From contig CAWCIZ010000005.1 in assembly GCA_963795855.1 (NCBI GenBank), forward strand, positions 29,434 through 93,433: a stretch of 64,000 nucleotides of DNA. Reading direction: 5' to 3'. Positions 20,506-30,361 of the stretch are shown in pieces (position 1 is the first letter of the stretch; each line of letters begins with the position of its first letter). The translations under genes were made by a program, and so were the position numbers. The notes under the pieces are model-generated. The model was not told where the DNA came from. It saw only the letters and a list, made by a program, of their open reading frames with translations, and made no database searches. The stretch is from Vulcanimicrobiota bacterium. Lineage in GTDB: Bacteria; Vulcanimicrobiota; Vulcanimicrobiia; Vulcanimicrobiales; Vulcanimicrobiaceae.

Positions 20506-21718
20506 AAGCCAATTTCTCACCGGCGCCCTCAGCGGACTCGCCGTGATCGCGAATACCAACCACGTTTTCGCGCAAGCACTTAGCCAAACGCCGTTGCCGG
20601 GATTGCCCGGCGCGCAGAACCGTTGCTTGCTCATAGTGAATCTGCAAGGCGGAAACGACGGACTGAATTGTGTCGTGCCGCACGGCGACGCGCGCTACTA
20701 CCAGATGCGGCCGTCGATTGCGGTCCCGAGCAGCGACGTACTCGCGATCGACGCGCAGACGGGTTTCAATCCCCAGATGCGTTCGCTCAAGAGCCTTTAC
20801 GATCGCGGTCTGGTCGCGGTCGTTCAAAGCGTCGGGTACCCGAATCCCGATCACTCGCATTTTCGTTCGACGGAGATCTGGCAGACCGCCGTTCCGGACA
20901 AATACGAACACACGGGTTGGCTGGGACGGTATTTGGACGAAGCGAATTTGCCGAAAGAGAACCTTTTCAACGGCGTCGCGCTCGCCCAAGTGCTGCCGGA
21001 AGTGCTCGTGGCGGGTCACGTCGACGTGCCCGCAATCGCGCAGATACGCGGGTACGGATTGCTGGGCGATCGCAATCGCGACGAGCGCGCCGCGTACGGC
21101 CGTGTCGTCAACGACACGCGTCTGCCGTTCACCTCACCGTATTTGGCGCACGTGATGGAGATCGAAGATCACGCGCAAAAAGGTTCGGAGGAGCTGCCCA
21201 AACTGATCGCGGGATACAAGCCGGCGGGAAGCTATCCGGCGACGCCGCTGGGGCGCAGTCTCTCGCTCGCGGCACAGATCGTCGGGAGCAAAACGGCCAC
21301 GCGCGTCATCTACGTTCAGCACGGATCCTTCGACACGCACGTAAGCCAAAAGGGCACGCAGGACCTTTTGCTCGGCGAGTTCTCGGACGCGATTAAGGCG
21401 TTTTACGACGATCTCGCCGCGCACGGCAACGATAAACGCGTGCTGACGATGACGTTTTCGGAATTCGGGCGGCGCATCCAAGAAAATGCCAGCCGTGGAA
21501 CCGACCATGGCGAAGGTTCGCCGCTGTTCCTCATCGGCGGCGGCGTGAAGGGCGGCTTGTACGGAACCTCCGCCGACCTATCGGACACGAACATGGGCAA
21601 CGTGCGCTTTCAGACCGACTTCCGCAGCGTGTACGCGACAGTACTCGAACGATGGCTCGGCCAGCCTTCACGTACGGTCCTCCGCGGCGCGTTCCCTCAA
21701 ATCGCCGTGTTGGCCTGA
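20498..21718 (+). CDS. DUF1501 domain protein
   Basis: GGNDGLN, GYPNPDHSHFRS, FDTH, SEFGRR, GTDHG, DFRSVYA. Confidence 0.9.
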   Translation: MKRSQFLTGALSGLAVIANTNHVFAQALSQTPLPGLPGAQNRCLLIVNLQGGNDGLNCVVPHGDARYYQMRPSIAVPSSDVLAIDAQTGFNPQMRSLKSLYDRGLVAVVQSVGYPNPDHSHFRSTEIWQTAVPDKYEHTGWLGRYLDEANLPKENLFNGVALAQVLPEVLVAGHVDVPAIAQIRGYGLLGDRNRDERAAYGRVVNDTRLPFTSPYLAHVMEIEDHAQKGSEELPKLIAGYKPAGSYPATPLGRSLSLAAQIVGSKTATRVIYVQHGSFDTHVSQKGTQDLLLGEFSDAIKAFYDDLAAHGNDKRVLTMTFSEFGRRIQENASRGTDHGEGSPLFLIGGGVKGGLYGTSADLSDTNMGNVRFQTDFRSVYATVLERWLGQPSRTVLRGAFPQIAVLA

Positions 21719-21841
21719 TCGCGCGCAGGGCGGCCCTACCGATGTGACAAATGTCCGAGGCCAGCGCATGGGCATGTTCCTGACATAGGCCTCATGGACT
21801 ACGCGCGACGGGATGTGGTGACGTATGGGAGTGGCGCGAGC

Positions 21842-22243
21842 ATGAAGCTCCTGGAGCCCGAGGGGTCGTTCGACGCTCCAAGCACAGAGGCGGGTCTTCC
21901 GCCGCGGGGCACGCCGAAGAATTATCTGATGGCTTGGCTGCTGGTTATGCTGAAGGAGCACAACCTGCACGGCTACGAGATCATGAAGGAACTCAGGCTG
22001 CAGTTCGGCGTGATGTCGGAGCCCGGCAGCGTATACCGAGCGTTGCGCCAGCTGGAGCGCGACGGCTACATTTCATCTTGGTGGGATCCGAAAGAACAGG
22101 GTCCGGCGCGCCGCGTTTACACCTTGACCGGCGAAGGAGGCCGCGCGCTCGTGTTGTGGAGCGTCGCGCTCGAGCAATACCGCTCGCATCTGGACGCGTT
22201 TTTCACGCTGTACAGCGGCCAGTGGCACGCCGTCGGGGAGTAA
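21842..22243 (+). CDS. PadR family regulator (PhaQ-like)
   Basis: HGYEIM, GSVYRALRQLE, GPARRVY; start at 21794 or 21842. Confidence 0.8.
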   Translation: MKLLEPEGSFDAPSTEAGLPPRGTPKNYLMAWLLVMLKEHNLHGYEIMKELRLQFGVMSEPGSVYRALRQLERDGYISSWWDPKEQGPARRVYTLTGEGGRALVLWSVALEQYRSHLDAFFTLYSGQWHAVGE

Positions 22244-23042
22244 CGCCGTTCGCGAAATTCTCTTTCTAGGCACCGGCGGCGCGCGGTTCGTCGTCGCGCG
22301 CCAGATTCGCGCGTCCGGCGGCATGTGGATGCGCTTCGGGTCCACGCAACTGCACGTCGACCCGGGGCCGGGTGCCCTCGTGCGCGCCCTCGCGCAAGTT
22401 CCGCCGTGCAATCCGCGCGAGCTTGACGGGATCGTCCTCTCGCACAAGCATCTGGATCATGCGAATGACGTCAACGTCATGATTGAAGCGATGACGTCCG
22501 GCGGATTCCGGCGCCGCGGCGTGCTGCTGGCACCGCACGATGCACTCGAAGGGGAGCATGTCGTTCTGCCCTACGCGCAGCGTTTCGTCGAACGGATCGA
22601 GGTCTCGAAGGAACGCAGCGGGCCATACCGCATCGGCGAAGTCGAAATCCGCACCTCGATCAAGCACGTGCATGCGGTGGAAACGTATGGCATGCATTTC
22701 CGGCACGGCGAGCGCACCGTTTCGTATCTGCCTTGCGGACGGTACTTCGAAGACCTCGCTGAAGACTACGCCGCGCATGCGCCCGACGTGCTCGTCATCA
22801 ACGTTCTGCGCTACCGCGACACCATGGACGTCGATCACATGACGTTCGACGAAGCAAAAACCGTGATAAGCGCGGTTCGTCCGCGCGTTGCCGTCATGCA
22901 GCATTTCGGAACGAAGATGCTCGAACAGAATCCGCCTCGACTCGCGCGCGAACTCGAAGACGAGCTGGGGCTGAGAGTGATTGCGGCGTACGACAATATG
23001 CGTCTGGACGTCGATACGGAAATAGGCGCTCTTGCCGGTTGA
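22222..23042 (+). CDS. MBL-fold metallo-hydrolase (start uncertain, probable frameshift ~22255)
   Basis: ILFLGTGGARF upstream of the track ATG, VDPGPG, SHKHLDH. Confidence 0.78.
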
Positions 23043-23457
23043 GATCGTGCGCGTTCAGTCCGACGCCGTGCTCGAATTCGTGCGGCGGACCGAGCGTGAA
23101 GCGCTGAAAACGTTTTACGATTTCAGCGTCATCTGGCACGAGCAGACGCATCACCTCGCCGCCATGGACGATGGTACGATTGTGGGCGTTTCGGAAATTC
23201 GAATTGCCGCTTCGCTCGCGAACGTGCAGCGCATCGTCGTGTTGCCGGATCGGCGCCGCGCCGGCATTGGGCGCGCGCTGCTCGAAGGCGCGGCCGAAGT
23301 CGCAAACTACTACAACTGCCACAAGATGACCGCGCTCGTCCCGCATCGCAGCGGTGCCCAAACGTTTTTCGAACGCTGCGATTATCGCGAAGAAGCGGTG
23401 CTGCCGCAGCACACCTTCAAACTAGATATGGCGGCGATGCGGAAGTTTCTTCTGTAA
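23032..23457 (+). CDS. GNAT acetyltransferase
   Basis: V.PDRRRAGIGRALL motif A. Confidence 0.8.
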   Translation: MPVEIVRVQSDAVLEFVRRTEREALKTFYDFSVIWHEQTHHLAAMDDGTIVGVSEIRIAASLANVQRIVVLPDRRRAGIGRALLEGAAEVANYYNCHKMTALVPHRSGAQTFFERCDYREEAVLPQHTFKLDMAAMRKFLL

Positions 23458-24429
23458 GGGCCGGCGGAGAATCCGGCCGACAGGCTCCCACGCGCGTTGC
23501 AGCTTTCCGCGCGCTCGCAGTGCGCCGTCGTAGAGATAGACGCTGCCGCGTGCGGAATTCGCCGTAACCAGCGGTCCGCCGCCTCCCACCACCGCCTGCG
23601 CGTCGGTCTGAGAACCGGCCAGCGACGCACCGCTGGAAAAGCCTGCGAAGACGTGCCCCATCGCGCTGTGCGCGTCGATGCTCGCGCCTCCGCCCGCGAC
23701 GCCGATCGCGACGTTACCGTTCTCGGATTCGAACCGCGCGATTCCCGGCACGAACGTTCCGTTGTCGTAAGCGATGCTGCCGTTGATGCTGCTTGCCTCG
23801 ATCTCGCGCACGTTGCAGTTTTCGAACACGATATTTCCGGCGCCGGTACGCGCGCGGATACTGTTGAACGCGGAGTTCGCAACGAAAATTTTACCGCGCG
23901 CGACCTCCGCATACGCATCGCCGCTGACATTCCGTAAGACGAGAGCGCCGGCGTGCACCAGCGCCACCAGCGTTCCGCTGCGGTAGCCGTTCATGGCGAT
24001 GCTGCCTCGGCCCACAACGACCCAAACGAGCGCCGTCGAACTCGGAATCGTCAACGTAACGTCCGCGCCTTGATCGCCGCCGAATATTACGACGCCGTCA
24101 TGCGGCGTCGCGGCAATGGCTCCGAGCGGAAAACTTTCCGGCGGCAGAACCGCGGGCCCGTTCGGCGTTTGTATCGGCGTGGAAAAAATCGTGACTTCGG
24201 GCGGAAGCGCGTTTGCGACCACATCGGGATCGACGCGGCGTGCGTGAATCTGCCTGGTCGATGCAATCTGGACCTGCGGCCGGTTCCACGTGTGAATAGT
24301 TACGGAACCCGAACGCATCTGCATGCGGATCACCGGCGACCCCGAAACGGAAATAACCTGCTGGGCGCGCGCGTACGCGGGCCAGCTCGCCAGCGCCGCC
24401 AGAAGCAGAACGGAAAGGAAACGGGTCAC
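23422..24429 (-). CDS. Secreted beta-strand repeat (DUF4097-like) protein
   Basis: Signal peptide; repeated S..GSI/GNI beta repeats. Confidence 0.6.
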   Translation of the reverse strand: MTRFLSVLLLAALASWPAYARAQQVISVSGSPVIRMQMRSGSVTIHTWNRPQVQIASTRQIHARRVDPDVVANALPPEVTIFSTPIQTPNGPAVLPPESFPLGAIAATPHDGVVIFGGDQGADVTLTIPSSTALVWVVVGRGSIAMNGYRSGTLVALVHAGALVLRNVSGDAYAEVARGKIFVANSAFNSIRARTGAGNIVFENCNVREIEASSINGSIAYDNGTFVPGIARFESENGNVAIGVAGGGASIDAHSAMGHVFAGFSSGASLAGSQTDAQAVVGGGGPLVTANSARGSVYLYDGALRARGKLQRAWEPVGRILRRPLQKKLPHRRHI

Positions 24430-24470
24430 ACGACCATTGTACGAAGCGCCCTTGCTGCGAGGATGAAAAT

Positions 24471-25874
24471 TCAATGAATACGCGGCAAACGCACGCGCAT
24501 CAGCGTGCCGCCGCCCTCCGGGCGTTCGGCATCCACGCGTCCGCCGTGCACGCGCGCGATCGAACGCACGATGGCAAGGCCCAGTCCCGTCCCGGGGACT
24601 TCACGCGTTCGCGATTTATCCGTGCGGTAGAATCGATCGAAGATCAGCGGCAGCTCGCCGGGATCGATGCCCGGACCGGTGTCCTGTACTTCTGCGAGGG
24701 CTTCCCCGTTCGACGCGCGCACGCGAACCGTGACGCCGCCGCGTTCGGTAAATTTGATCGCATTGTCGATGAGGTTGGTGATCATCTGCCGGACCAGCGC
24801 CGCATCGCCGTCGACGATCGGCGACTCGCCGTCCGCTTCCAGGCGCAAATCCAACCCTTTGTCGCCCGCACGCTGAGACGTCGCGTTCACCGCATCGCGC
24901 GCAACCGCCGCCAATGAAAACGGCTCTTTGGGAATCGCTTCACCGGAATCGGCTTTCGCGAGCGTGAGCATGCCGTTGACCATGTCGGCGAGCGACGCGC
25001 TTTCCGCGATGATGGTCTGCAAACTTTCCTTGCGCACGGTTTCGTCGCGATCGCCCCAACGCGCCAGCATCTGCGCGTTTGCGTTGATCGACGTCAACGG
25101 CGTTTTGAGTTCGTGGGACGCATCGGAAATGAACTGACGTTCGCGCGCGAACGCTTCTTCCAAACGGGCGAGCAGATCGTCGAACGTTTCTGCGAGCCGG
25201 CCCACTTCGTCTCGCCGCCCCTTCCAACGCAGACGGCGGTGCAGTCCTTCCGACCCCATCCCGCGCATCGCTGCGGCGAGTTCGTTGATTGGCGTCGTAA
25301 TCTGTGAGGCTAGCACGAATGAAACGAAAGTTACGGCGACGATCGCGATCAGCAAAATGACGGCGATGGACCACTCCGTCTGCCGGAACGCACGATAGAG
25401 CTGATCGAGCGGCTCGCCGACCTGTACGACCAGCGCGTGGTTCGCGCTGATCAGTACTTGCGCGGCGACGAGAAACGGGCGTCCGTCTACCGCGACCTCA
25501 CGCATCGTCGCAGGCGTCGCCGGCGTTACGCCAGGATTGCCGAACGTCGGTATCGCGCCCATGTTGAAACTTTTCGCAACGGGATAGCCGCGCACGTCGT
25601 CGACTTCGACGAACGTGCTCGTCGACGACCACCGCTCCAGATTGTCCGGATTCTCGAGCAGCAGCAGCGAATCGCCGCCCTCGGTGAACAGAAACGAATT
25701 GGGCGAGGGAGCCGCCGCGGTGCGAATGTCGGCGAGCGTCGATGCGACGTGATCGCGCGCCTGCGTTCGCAGAATGGACTCGAACCGCATCGTGATCGCG
25801 ACCCCGAGCGCAACCGCCACGACGACGAGCAGCAGCGCATACCAGACGGTAATGCGCCACCGTAACGAACTCAT
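24471..25874 (-). CDS. Sensor histidine kinase (HAMP-HisKA-HATPase)
   Basis: Two TM helices, DASHELKTPL, NLIDNAIKF, GTGLGL. Confidence 0.93.
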   Translation of the reverse strand: MSSLRWRITVWYALLLVVVAVALGVAITMRFESILRTQARDHVASTLADIRTAAAPSPNSFLFTEGGDSLLLLENPDNLERWSSTSTFVEVDDVRGYPVAKSFNMGAIPTFGNPGVTPATPATMREVAVDGRPFLVAAQVLISANHALVVQVGEPLDQLYRAFRQTEWSIAVILLIAIVAVTFVSFVLASQITTPINELAAAMRGMGSEGLHRRLRWKGRRDEVGRLAETFDDLLARLEEAFARERQFISDASHELKTPLTSINANAQMLARWGDRDETVRKESLQTIIAESASLADMVNGMLTLAKADSGEAIPKEPFSLAAVARDAVNATSQRAGDKGLDLRLEADGESPIVDGDAALVRQMITNLIDNAIKFTERGGVTVRVRASNGEALAEVQDTGPGIDPGELPLIFDRFYRTDKSRTREVPGTGLGLAIVRSIARVHGGRVDAERPEGGGTLMRVRLPRIH

Positions 25875-25877
25875 CGG

Positions 25878-26558
25878 CTAATCTTTGATCGTATAACCGA
25901 CGCCGCGCACGGTGGTGATCAGTTTCTCGTCAAAGCCTTCATCGATCTTGCCGCGCAGATACCGGATGTAGACGTCGATCAAATTCGAGTCGCCGAGGAA
26001 ATCGCTGCCCCAAACGCCGTTGAAAAGCTCGTCGCGGGTATGCACCTTGTTCCGGTGCAGCAGCAGATACTCCAGCAGCGCGTATTCTTTTGCCGTCAGC
26101 GCGATTTCTTTGCCGTCGCGGCGCACTTCATGGCGGTCGCGATCCATGATCAGGTCCCGATAGACGATCACGTTTTCCGCCGGCTGTTTGTCGCGCAGCC
26201 GCGCGCGCACGCGAGCCAGCAGTTCTTCGGTCGAAAAGGGCTTTGTGAGATAGTCGTCCGCACCGATGTCCAAACCGGCGACGCGTTCGGGCACGCGATC
26301 TTTCGCGGTCAGCATGATGATCGGCACGCGGCTCTTCGCGCGCACGCGTTTGCAGACTTCCATGCCGTCCATACGCGGAAGCATGAGGTCGAGGAGAATG
26401 AGGTCGGGCTCCTTGAGCGCCAGTTCCAAACCGGCAAGGCCGTCGCGCGCTACGGCGACGCGGTACCCTTCATGTTCGAGTTCCAACTGCAGCACGCGGC
26501 TGATCGCCGCATCGTCTTCAATGACGAGAATGTTGTGCGCGCGCGCCGTCTTCTCCAT
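25878..26558 (-). CDS. OmpR-family response regulator
   Basis: IEDD, LLDLMLP, GADDYLTKPF, TVRGVGY. Confidence 0.95.
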   Translation of the reverse strand: MEKTARAHNILVIEDDAAISRVLQLELEHEGYRVAVARDGLAGLELALKEPDLILLDLMLPRMDGMEVCKRVRAKSRVPIIMLTAKDRVPERVAGLDIGADDYLTKPFSTEELLARVRARLRDKQPAENVIVYRDLIMDRDRHEVRRDGKEIALTAKEYALLEYLLLHRNKVHTRDELFNGVWGSDFLGDSNLIDVYIRYLRGKIDEGFDEKLITTVRGVGYTIKD

Positions 26559-26567
26559 ACGGTAGAG

Positions 26568-26942
26568 TTATCGGCGCGTCGCTCGCTGATACCCCGCCGC
26601 TCCGGTTAAATTCAACTGAGAAATCCAAAACGTCGCGCCGCCGCCGAGCGCGATCCAGAACAGGGTGCCAGGCTGCGAGAAGAACGCCAGAGCCTGATTA
26701 CCGATGGACTCCGCCGAAGCGACTTCATGCGCTCCGCTGCCGCGCAGGACGAAGATCAGCAGCCATACCATCGCGGCGCAAAGGGCGCCGTACAGCCACA
26801 CTTCCCACGGCGGCACCGACGCGGCCACGGGCACGCGGTAAATGGTCGAGGCCAGAATCGACTGGCGCAGATCCGCCGGCGGCTCCTCGAGGTCGAGCGC
26901 GAAGAGCGCGCGTTCCAGATCTTGATCGTCGTAGCGTTTCAT
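26568..26942 (-). CDS. Small membrane protein, putative anti-sigma factor
   Basis: Directly downstream of the ECF sigma; EEPPADL motif and two TM segments. Confidence 0.6.
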   Translation of the reverse strand: MKRYDDQDLERALFALDLEEPPADLRQSILASTIYRVPVAASVPPWEVWLYGALCAAMVWLLIFVLRGSGAHEVASAESIGNQALAFFSQPGTLFWIALGGGATFWISQLNLTGAAGYQRATRR

Positions 26943-27016
26943 ATTTTAAGGCGCTCCGTCCTAGACTGCGCGCCCCCCGCCTTGCGGGGCCCCCGCGATA
27001 TGGCGCGCATAAACAT
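26935..27016 (-). repeat. Structured intergenic repeat element, copy B
   Basis: Homologous to 20420..20505; inner stem CCCCGC-AAG-GCGGGG. Confidence 0.8.
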
Positions 27017-27033
27017 TCCGGTCGTATGAACTT

Positions 27034-27624
27034 TCATCCCTGTACCCCCGCGGTGTCTTGGTTCAAGATGCGCCGGAGCTGTTCTTTGGCGCGGAACAAA
27101 TGCGTCTTTACCGTACCCATCGGCACGCCCAGTACGTTTGCGATTTCGTCGTACTGCTGCCCTTGCAGATGATACAGCGTGATGACGGTGCGGTACTTTT
27201 CGGGAAGTGCGGCGATGGCTTGCCGCAGGCGCTCGGCTTCGTCGTGCGCGATCGCCGTGTTCTCGGGCCCGGCGGAGGGGTCGGCGCGTTCGGGCAGCTC
27301 CTCGTTCGAGAAGCGCTTGCGGCGGGACAGCCGGTCGCAGCAGGCGTGGTAGGTGATTGCGAAGAGCCACGTCGAGAATTTCGCGCCAGGCTTGAAGGTG
27401 CGAAGGCTGCGATAGGCTTTGAAAAACGCTTCTTGCGCCACGTCGCGCGCTTCTTCCACGTCTCGGAGCGTGCGGTACGCCAAATGGTAAACCGCGCGAT
27501 CGTACCGCTCTACCAGGGTTGCGAATGCGTCGGAACGCCCCGCGAGCGTCTGGGCCACGAGTGCTTGGTCCTCAATCAATGACGGCGGGTCGATGAAAGG
27601 CGCCTCCGGCAGTACCGCAACCAC
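27034..27624 (-). CDS. ECF RNA polymerase sigma factor (SigW-like)
   Basis: DVAQEAF, FSTWLFAI, YDEIA..LGVPMGTVKTHLFRA; start GTG 27624 or ATG 27633. Confidence 0.9.
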   Translation of the reverse strand: MVAVLPEAPFIDPPSLIEDQALVAQTLAGRSDAFATLVERYDRAVYHLAYRTLRDVEEARDVAQEAFFKAYRSLRTFKPGAKFSTWLFAITYHACCDRLSRRKRFSNEELPERADPSAGPENTAIAHDEAERLRQAIAALPEKYRTVITLYHLQGQQYDEIANVLGVPMGTVKTHLFRAKEQLRRILNQDTAGVQG

Positions 27625-27632
27625 GTCCAACA

Positions 27633-27659
27633 TACGGACAAAGGCTGCGTAGTGTTTCG
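27633..27659 (-). promoter_or_regulatory. SigW-type ECF promoter for the sigma operon (CGAAAC-N17-CGTA)
   Basis: Minus strand reads CGAAAC actacgcagcctttgtc CGTA. Confidence 0.6.
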
Positions 27660-27687
27660 AACCGTCCGCCGCCTGGCCCCGCGGCCA

Positions 27688-27713
27688 TGAAACACTGAAG
27701 GCGCCGTGCCGTA
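27688..27713 (+). promoter_or_regulatory. SigW-type ECF promoter (TGAAAC-N16-CGTA)
   Basis: Exact match to the Bacillus SigW consensus, 8 nt before ATG 27722. Confidence 0.7.
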
Positions 27714-27721
27714 TATGGGGC

Positions 27722-28579
27722 ATGCGTTACTCTCGCACCGGCGTAGTGGCCGTGCTGCTCGCAGCCGAGGTCTTCATTGGGGCAGCGATCGTCTGGGCGC
27801 TGGTCGGCCGTAACGGGTGGTCGGTCGGGGCCGCGGGCTTCCGCCCGGTTTCGCAGAGCGCCAAGACGTACACGCCCATCGACGCGGGAAGCGCGCCGCA
27901 CGTCGTCATAGACGATCCGGACTCGCGCGTCGTGATTACGACTTCGACCGACGGCCGGGTACACGTGACCGACGACACTCACACCTTCGGTTGGGTTTGG
28001 AGTGCTCCGCCCGCACCGCTTACGGTCGACCGGACCAACGAGGGCGTCAGCATTCGCCGAGCCGATCAGCGCGAGCGAATTGCGTTCCTCGGGATTGATT
28101 TCCAGCGTACCGAAGTTGCTCTGCCGTCCGGCGCACTTCTGGAGATCCAGCGTTGCGGCGGAGCCGACGTCAGCGGCGTTTCGGGCACGGTGAACGTCCA
28201 CTCGGTCGACGGTTCGATCGCGCTCACGGGCGTGCATGCAAGTCAAATCAAGATCGCTTCCGACGACGGCAGCCTGCACTTGAACGACGTTCGCGTGCCG
28301 TCGATTGACGCGGTGACGAGCGACGGATCGATCCGTGCGAATCAGCTTCACGTCGACGGCGGGCGGCTGCAGACCAGCGATGGTTCGATTCGCGTCGCAT
28401 TGGCCGACGTGAACCTGCGCGTTTCCGCGCATACCGGCGACGGCAGCATTCGCATCGACGGACGCCGCCTCGACGAAGATTCAAACTCCACGGAGTATCA
28501 GGTCGGCACGGGCGGCAGCTCGCTCGTCGTTTCGACGCAAGACGGAAGCATCCACATCAGCACGAACGGAGCCCTTTAG
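27722..28579 (+). CDS. DUF4097 beta-strand repeat protein
   Basis: N-terminal TM; repeated T/S.DGSI motifs. Confidence 0.8.
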   Translation: MRYSRTGVVAVLLAAEVFIGAAIVWALVGRNGWSVGAAGFRPVSQSAKTYTPIDAGSAPHVVIDDPDSRVVITTSTDGRVHVTDDTHTFGWVWSAPPAPLTVDRTNEGVSIRRADQRERIAFLGIDFQRTEVALPSGALLEIQRCGGADVSGVSGTVNVHSVDGSIALTGVHASQIKIASDDGSLHLNDVRVPSIDAVTSDGSIRANQLHVDGGRLQTSDGSIRVALADVNLRVSAHTGDGSIRIDGRRLDEDSNSTEYQVGTGGSSLVVSTQDGSIHISTNGAL

Positions 28580-28580
28580 C

Positions 28581-29192
28581 ATGTCCAACAACTCAGACGA
28601 TTTCGTCGCAACCATCGCGATTCTCGTCATCTTCGGCCTGCCGCTCGCCTACGCGATGGCGAACCGCTGGTACGCACATCAGGAGCGCTTGGAAATGCTC
28701 CGCCGCGGCATGGCGCCGCCGCCCGATCCGAAGTGGTCGAAGGCGATGGGCAAGGCCGCCTGGTGCGACCCCATGTACGGCATGCCGCCGGGCGGCGCGC
28801 AAAATTTCGACCCGTACGGCGTAATGTACGCGGCGAACCGATCGCTTCGCAAAGGCATCACGCTCGCGATGATCGGCTTCGCGCTGCTCGTCGGGCTCTC
28901 GTTCATCGACCTTGGCCGCCCGGGCCCGTGGCTGCTCGGCGGGCTGATTCCGCTCTTCGTGGGCATCGCGCAAATCATCATCGCAGTGCTCTCCGGCGCT
29001 CGCATCGGCGCGATCAATCTGGGCGGCCAGTGGCCCGGACCGCCCGGCATGCCGCCACCCTCGCAGCAGCCGCAAACGCCGGGTCAGCAGACCTTCAGCG
29101 GCCCCGGCGTGACGCCGGGCGGCTACGCCGGTTGGCGCCCGGGTCCGACGACGGGCCTTGAGAAGCCGCCGACTCCCCCGGACGTGCGCTAG
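28581..29192 (+). CDS. Membrane protein (DUF6249-like) with Pro-rich tail
   Basis: HQERLEM..RG, LRKGI.L..IG, GLIPLFVGIA. Confidence 0.6.
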   Translation: MSNNSDDFVATIAILVIFGLPLAYAMANRWYAHQERLEMLRRGMAPPPDPKWSKAMGKAAWCDPMYGMPPGGAQNFDPYGVMYAANRSLRKGITLAMIGFALLVGLSFIDLGRPGPWLLGGLIPLFVGIAQIIIAVLSGARIGAINLGGQWPGPPGMPPPSQQPQTPGQQTFSGPGVTPGGYAGWRPGPTTGLEKPPTPPDVR

Positions 29193-29208
29193 AGAGGTTC
29201 GTGGAATT

Positions 29209-29236
29209 TAAAAGGCCCGCCGGAGCGGGCCTTTTA
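29209..29236. terminator. Bidirectional intrinsic terminator
   Basis: TAAAAGGCCCGC-CGGA-GCGGGCCTTTTA. Confidence 0.88.
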
Positions 29237-29266
29237 CTTGCTGCACTTATCCCTTTATCGGAGGGT

Positions 29267-29407
29267 TCACTTGCAACTGACCAGGGCAATCGCCCATCCA
29301 GCCGCAGTTCTTGTGCGGACGAGATAACCGTCCGAAGTCCGGTCGTATACCTGATAGCCCGCTCTGAGCGCGTCGGCTAACGATTTGAAGACCATCAGAC
29401 CTGCCAT
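29267..29407 (-). CDS. 46-aa small protein MAGLMVFKSLADALRAGYQVYDRTSDGYLVRTRTAAGWAIALVSCK (not in ORF track)
   Basis: Strong SD AAAGGAGG, ATG, own terminator, AT-rich upstream region. Confidence 0.7.
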   Translation of the reverse strand: MAGLMVFKSLADALRAGYQVYDRTSDGYLVRTRTAAGWAIALVSCK

Positions 29408-29554
29408 TTTTTCGTGGACCCTCCTTTCCGATATTTGTCGTTGTATACCCTATAACGGCTAATGGTGTTGAGAAGTTCAGTCAAAGGTCGCAGCTTTTAT
29501 TAAAAATTTCGTTACGGAAGTATGTCCCGGTAGTTGCGAGAATGCCAAATCGCG

Positions 29555-30361
29555 ATGCCGGCAGTGCACGATGTCGTCGTATCGGATACAACGCAGCTCG
29601 CGCCCGGCGTGTTCCTCCTTGGTTTTCACGCGCCGGCGCTCGTGGATGTGACGCGGCCCGGTCAGTTCTTGATGGCGATTCCGCCGGGCGGAGAAAGATG
29701 CGCGACCGCCCTTGGCATCTATGAAGCGCAAGGCGAGCGCGCCAGCATACTCTTTTTCGTTTGCGGACCGAGAACGCGGGAGCTCGCGGAGTTGCGCGCG
29801 GGCGATCATTTTGGTGTTTCCGCTCCTCTCGGTAATGGTTTCACGTTTGACGGTGCCACGGACGTGGCAATCGTCGCAGGCGGCGTGGGCATTGCGTCCG
29901 TGTTGCTTCCGGCCCAAGCCTTGGTCCGATTGGGGAAAAACGTCCGCCTTTTCTACGGCGCCCGGAGGCGGGATCTGCTCGTGGAAAAAGACCGCTTCGC
30001 GCGTGAAGGATGTGACGTGGTTTGCGCCACCGATGACGGCAGCTTCGGCCACCACGGTTTCGTTACCGAAGCACTCCTTGCGGCGCAGCGCAAACCCGAT
30101 TTGATTCTCGCTTGCGGACCTTCGCCGATGCTTCGGGCGACCGCATTCGTCGCTGAAGAGCTCGGCGTCCCGGCGCAGCTCTCGCTCGAAGAAACCTTTG
30201 CGTGCGGCGTGGGAGGATGCTGGGGCTGCGTCGTTCCGATCGATCGCGCCAGCGCGCAAGCACCGAGCTTTCCCGGCGCGGATGCCGGCGGCAGCGATAC
30301 GGTGTACGCGCGAATTTGTCGCGAGGGACCGGTTTTCTGGGCGCACGAGCTGCGATGGTAG
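29555..30361 (+). CDS. pyrK: Dihydroorotate dehydrogenase electron transfer subunit
   Basis: PGQF, PLGNGF, AGGVGIA, CGPSPML, CGVGGCWGC...C 2Fe-2S motif. Confidence 0.9.
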   Translation: MPAVHDVVVSDTTQLAPGVFLLGFHAPALVDVTRPGQFLMAIPPGGERCATALGIYEAQGERASILFFVCGPRTRELAELRAGDHFGVSAPLGNGFTFDGATDVAIVAGGVGIASVLLPAQALVRLGKNVRLFYGARRRDLLVEKDRFAREGCDVVCATDDGSFGHHGFVTEALLAAQRKPDLILACGPSPMLRATAFVAEELGVPAQLSLEETFACGVGGCWGCVVPIDRASAQAPSFPGADAGGSDTVYARICREGPVFWAHELRW

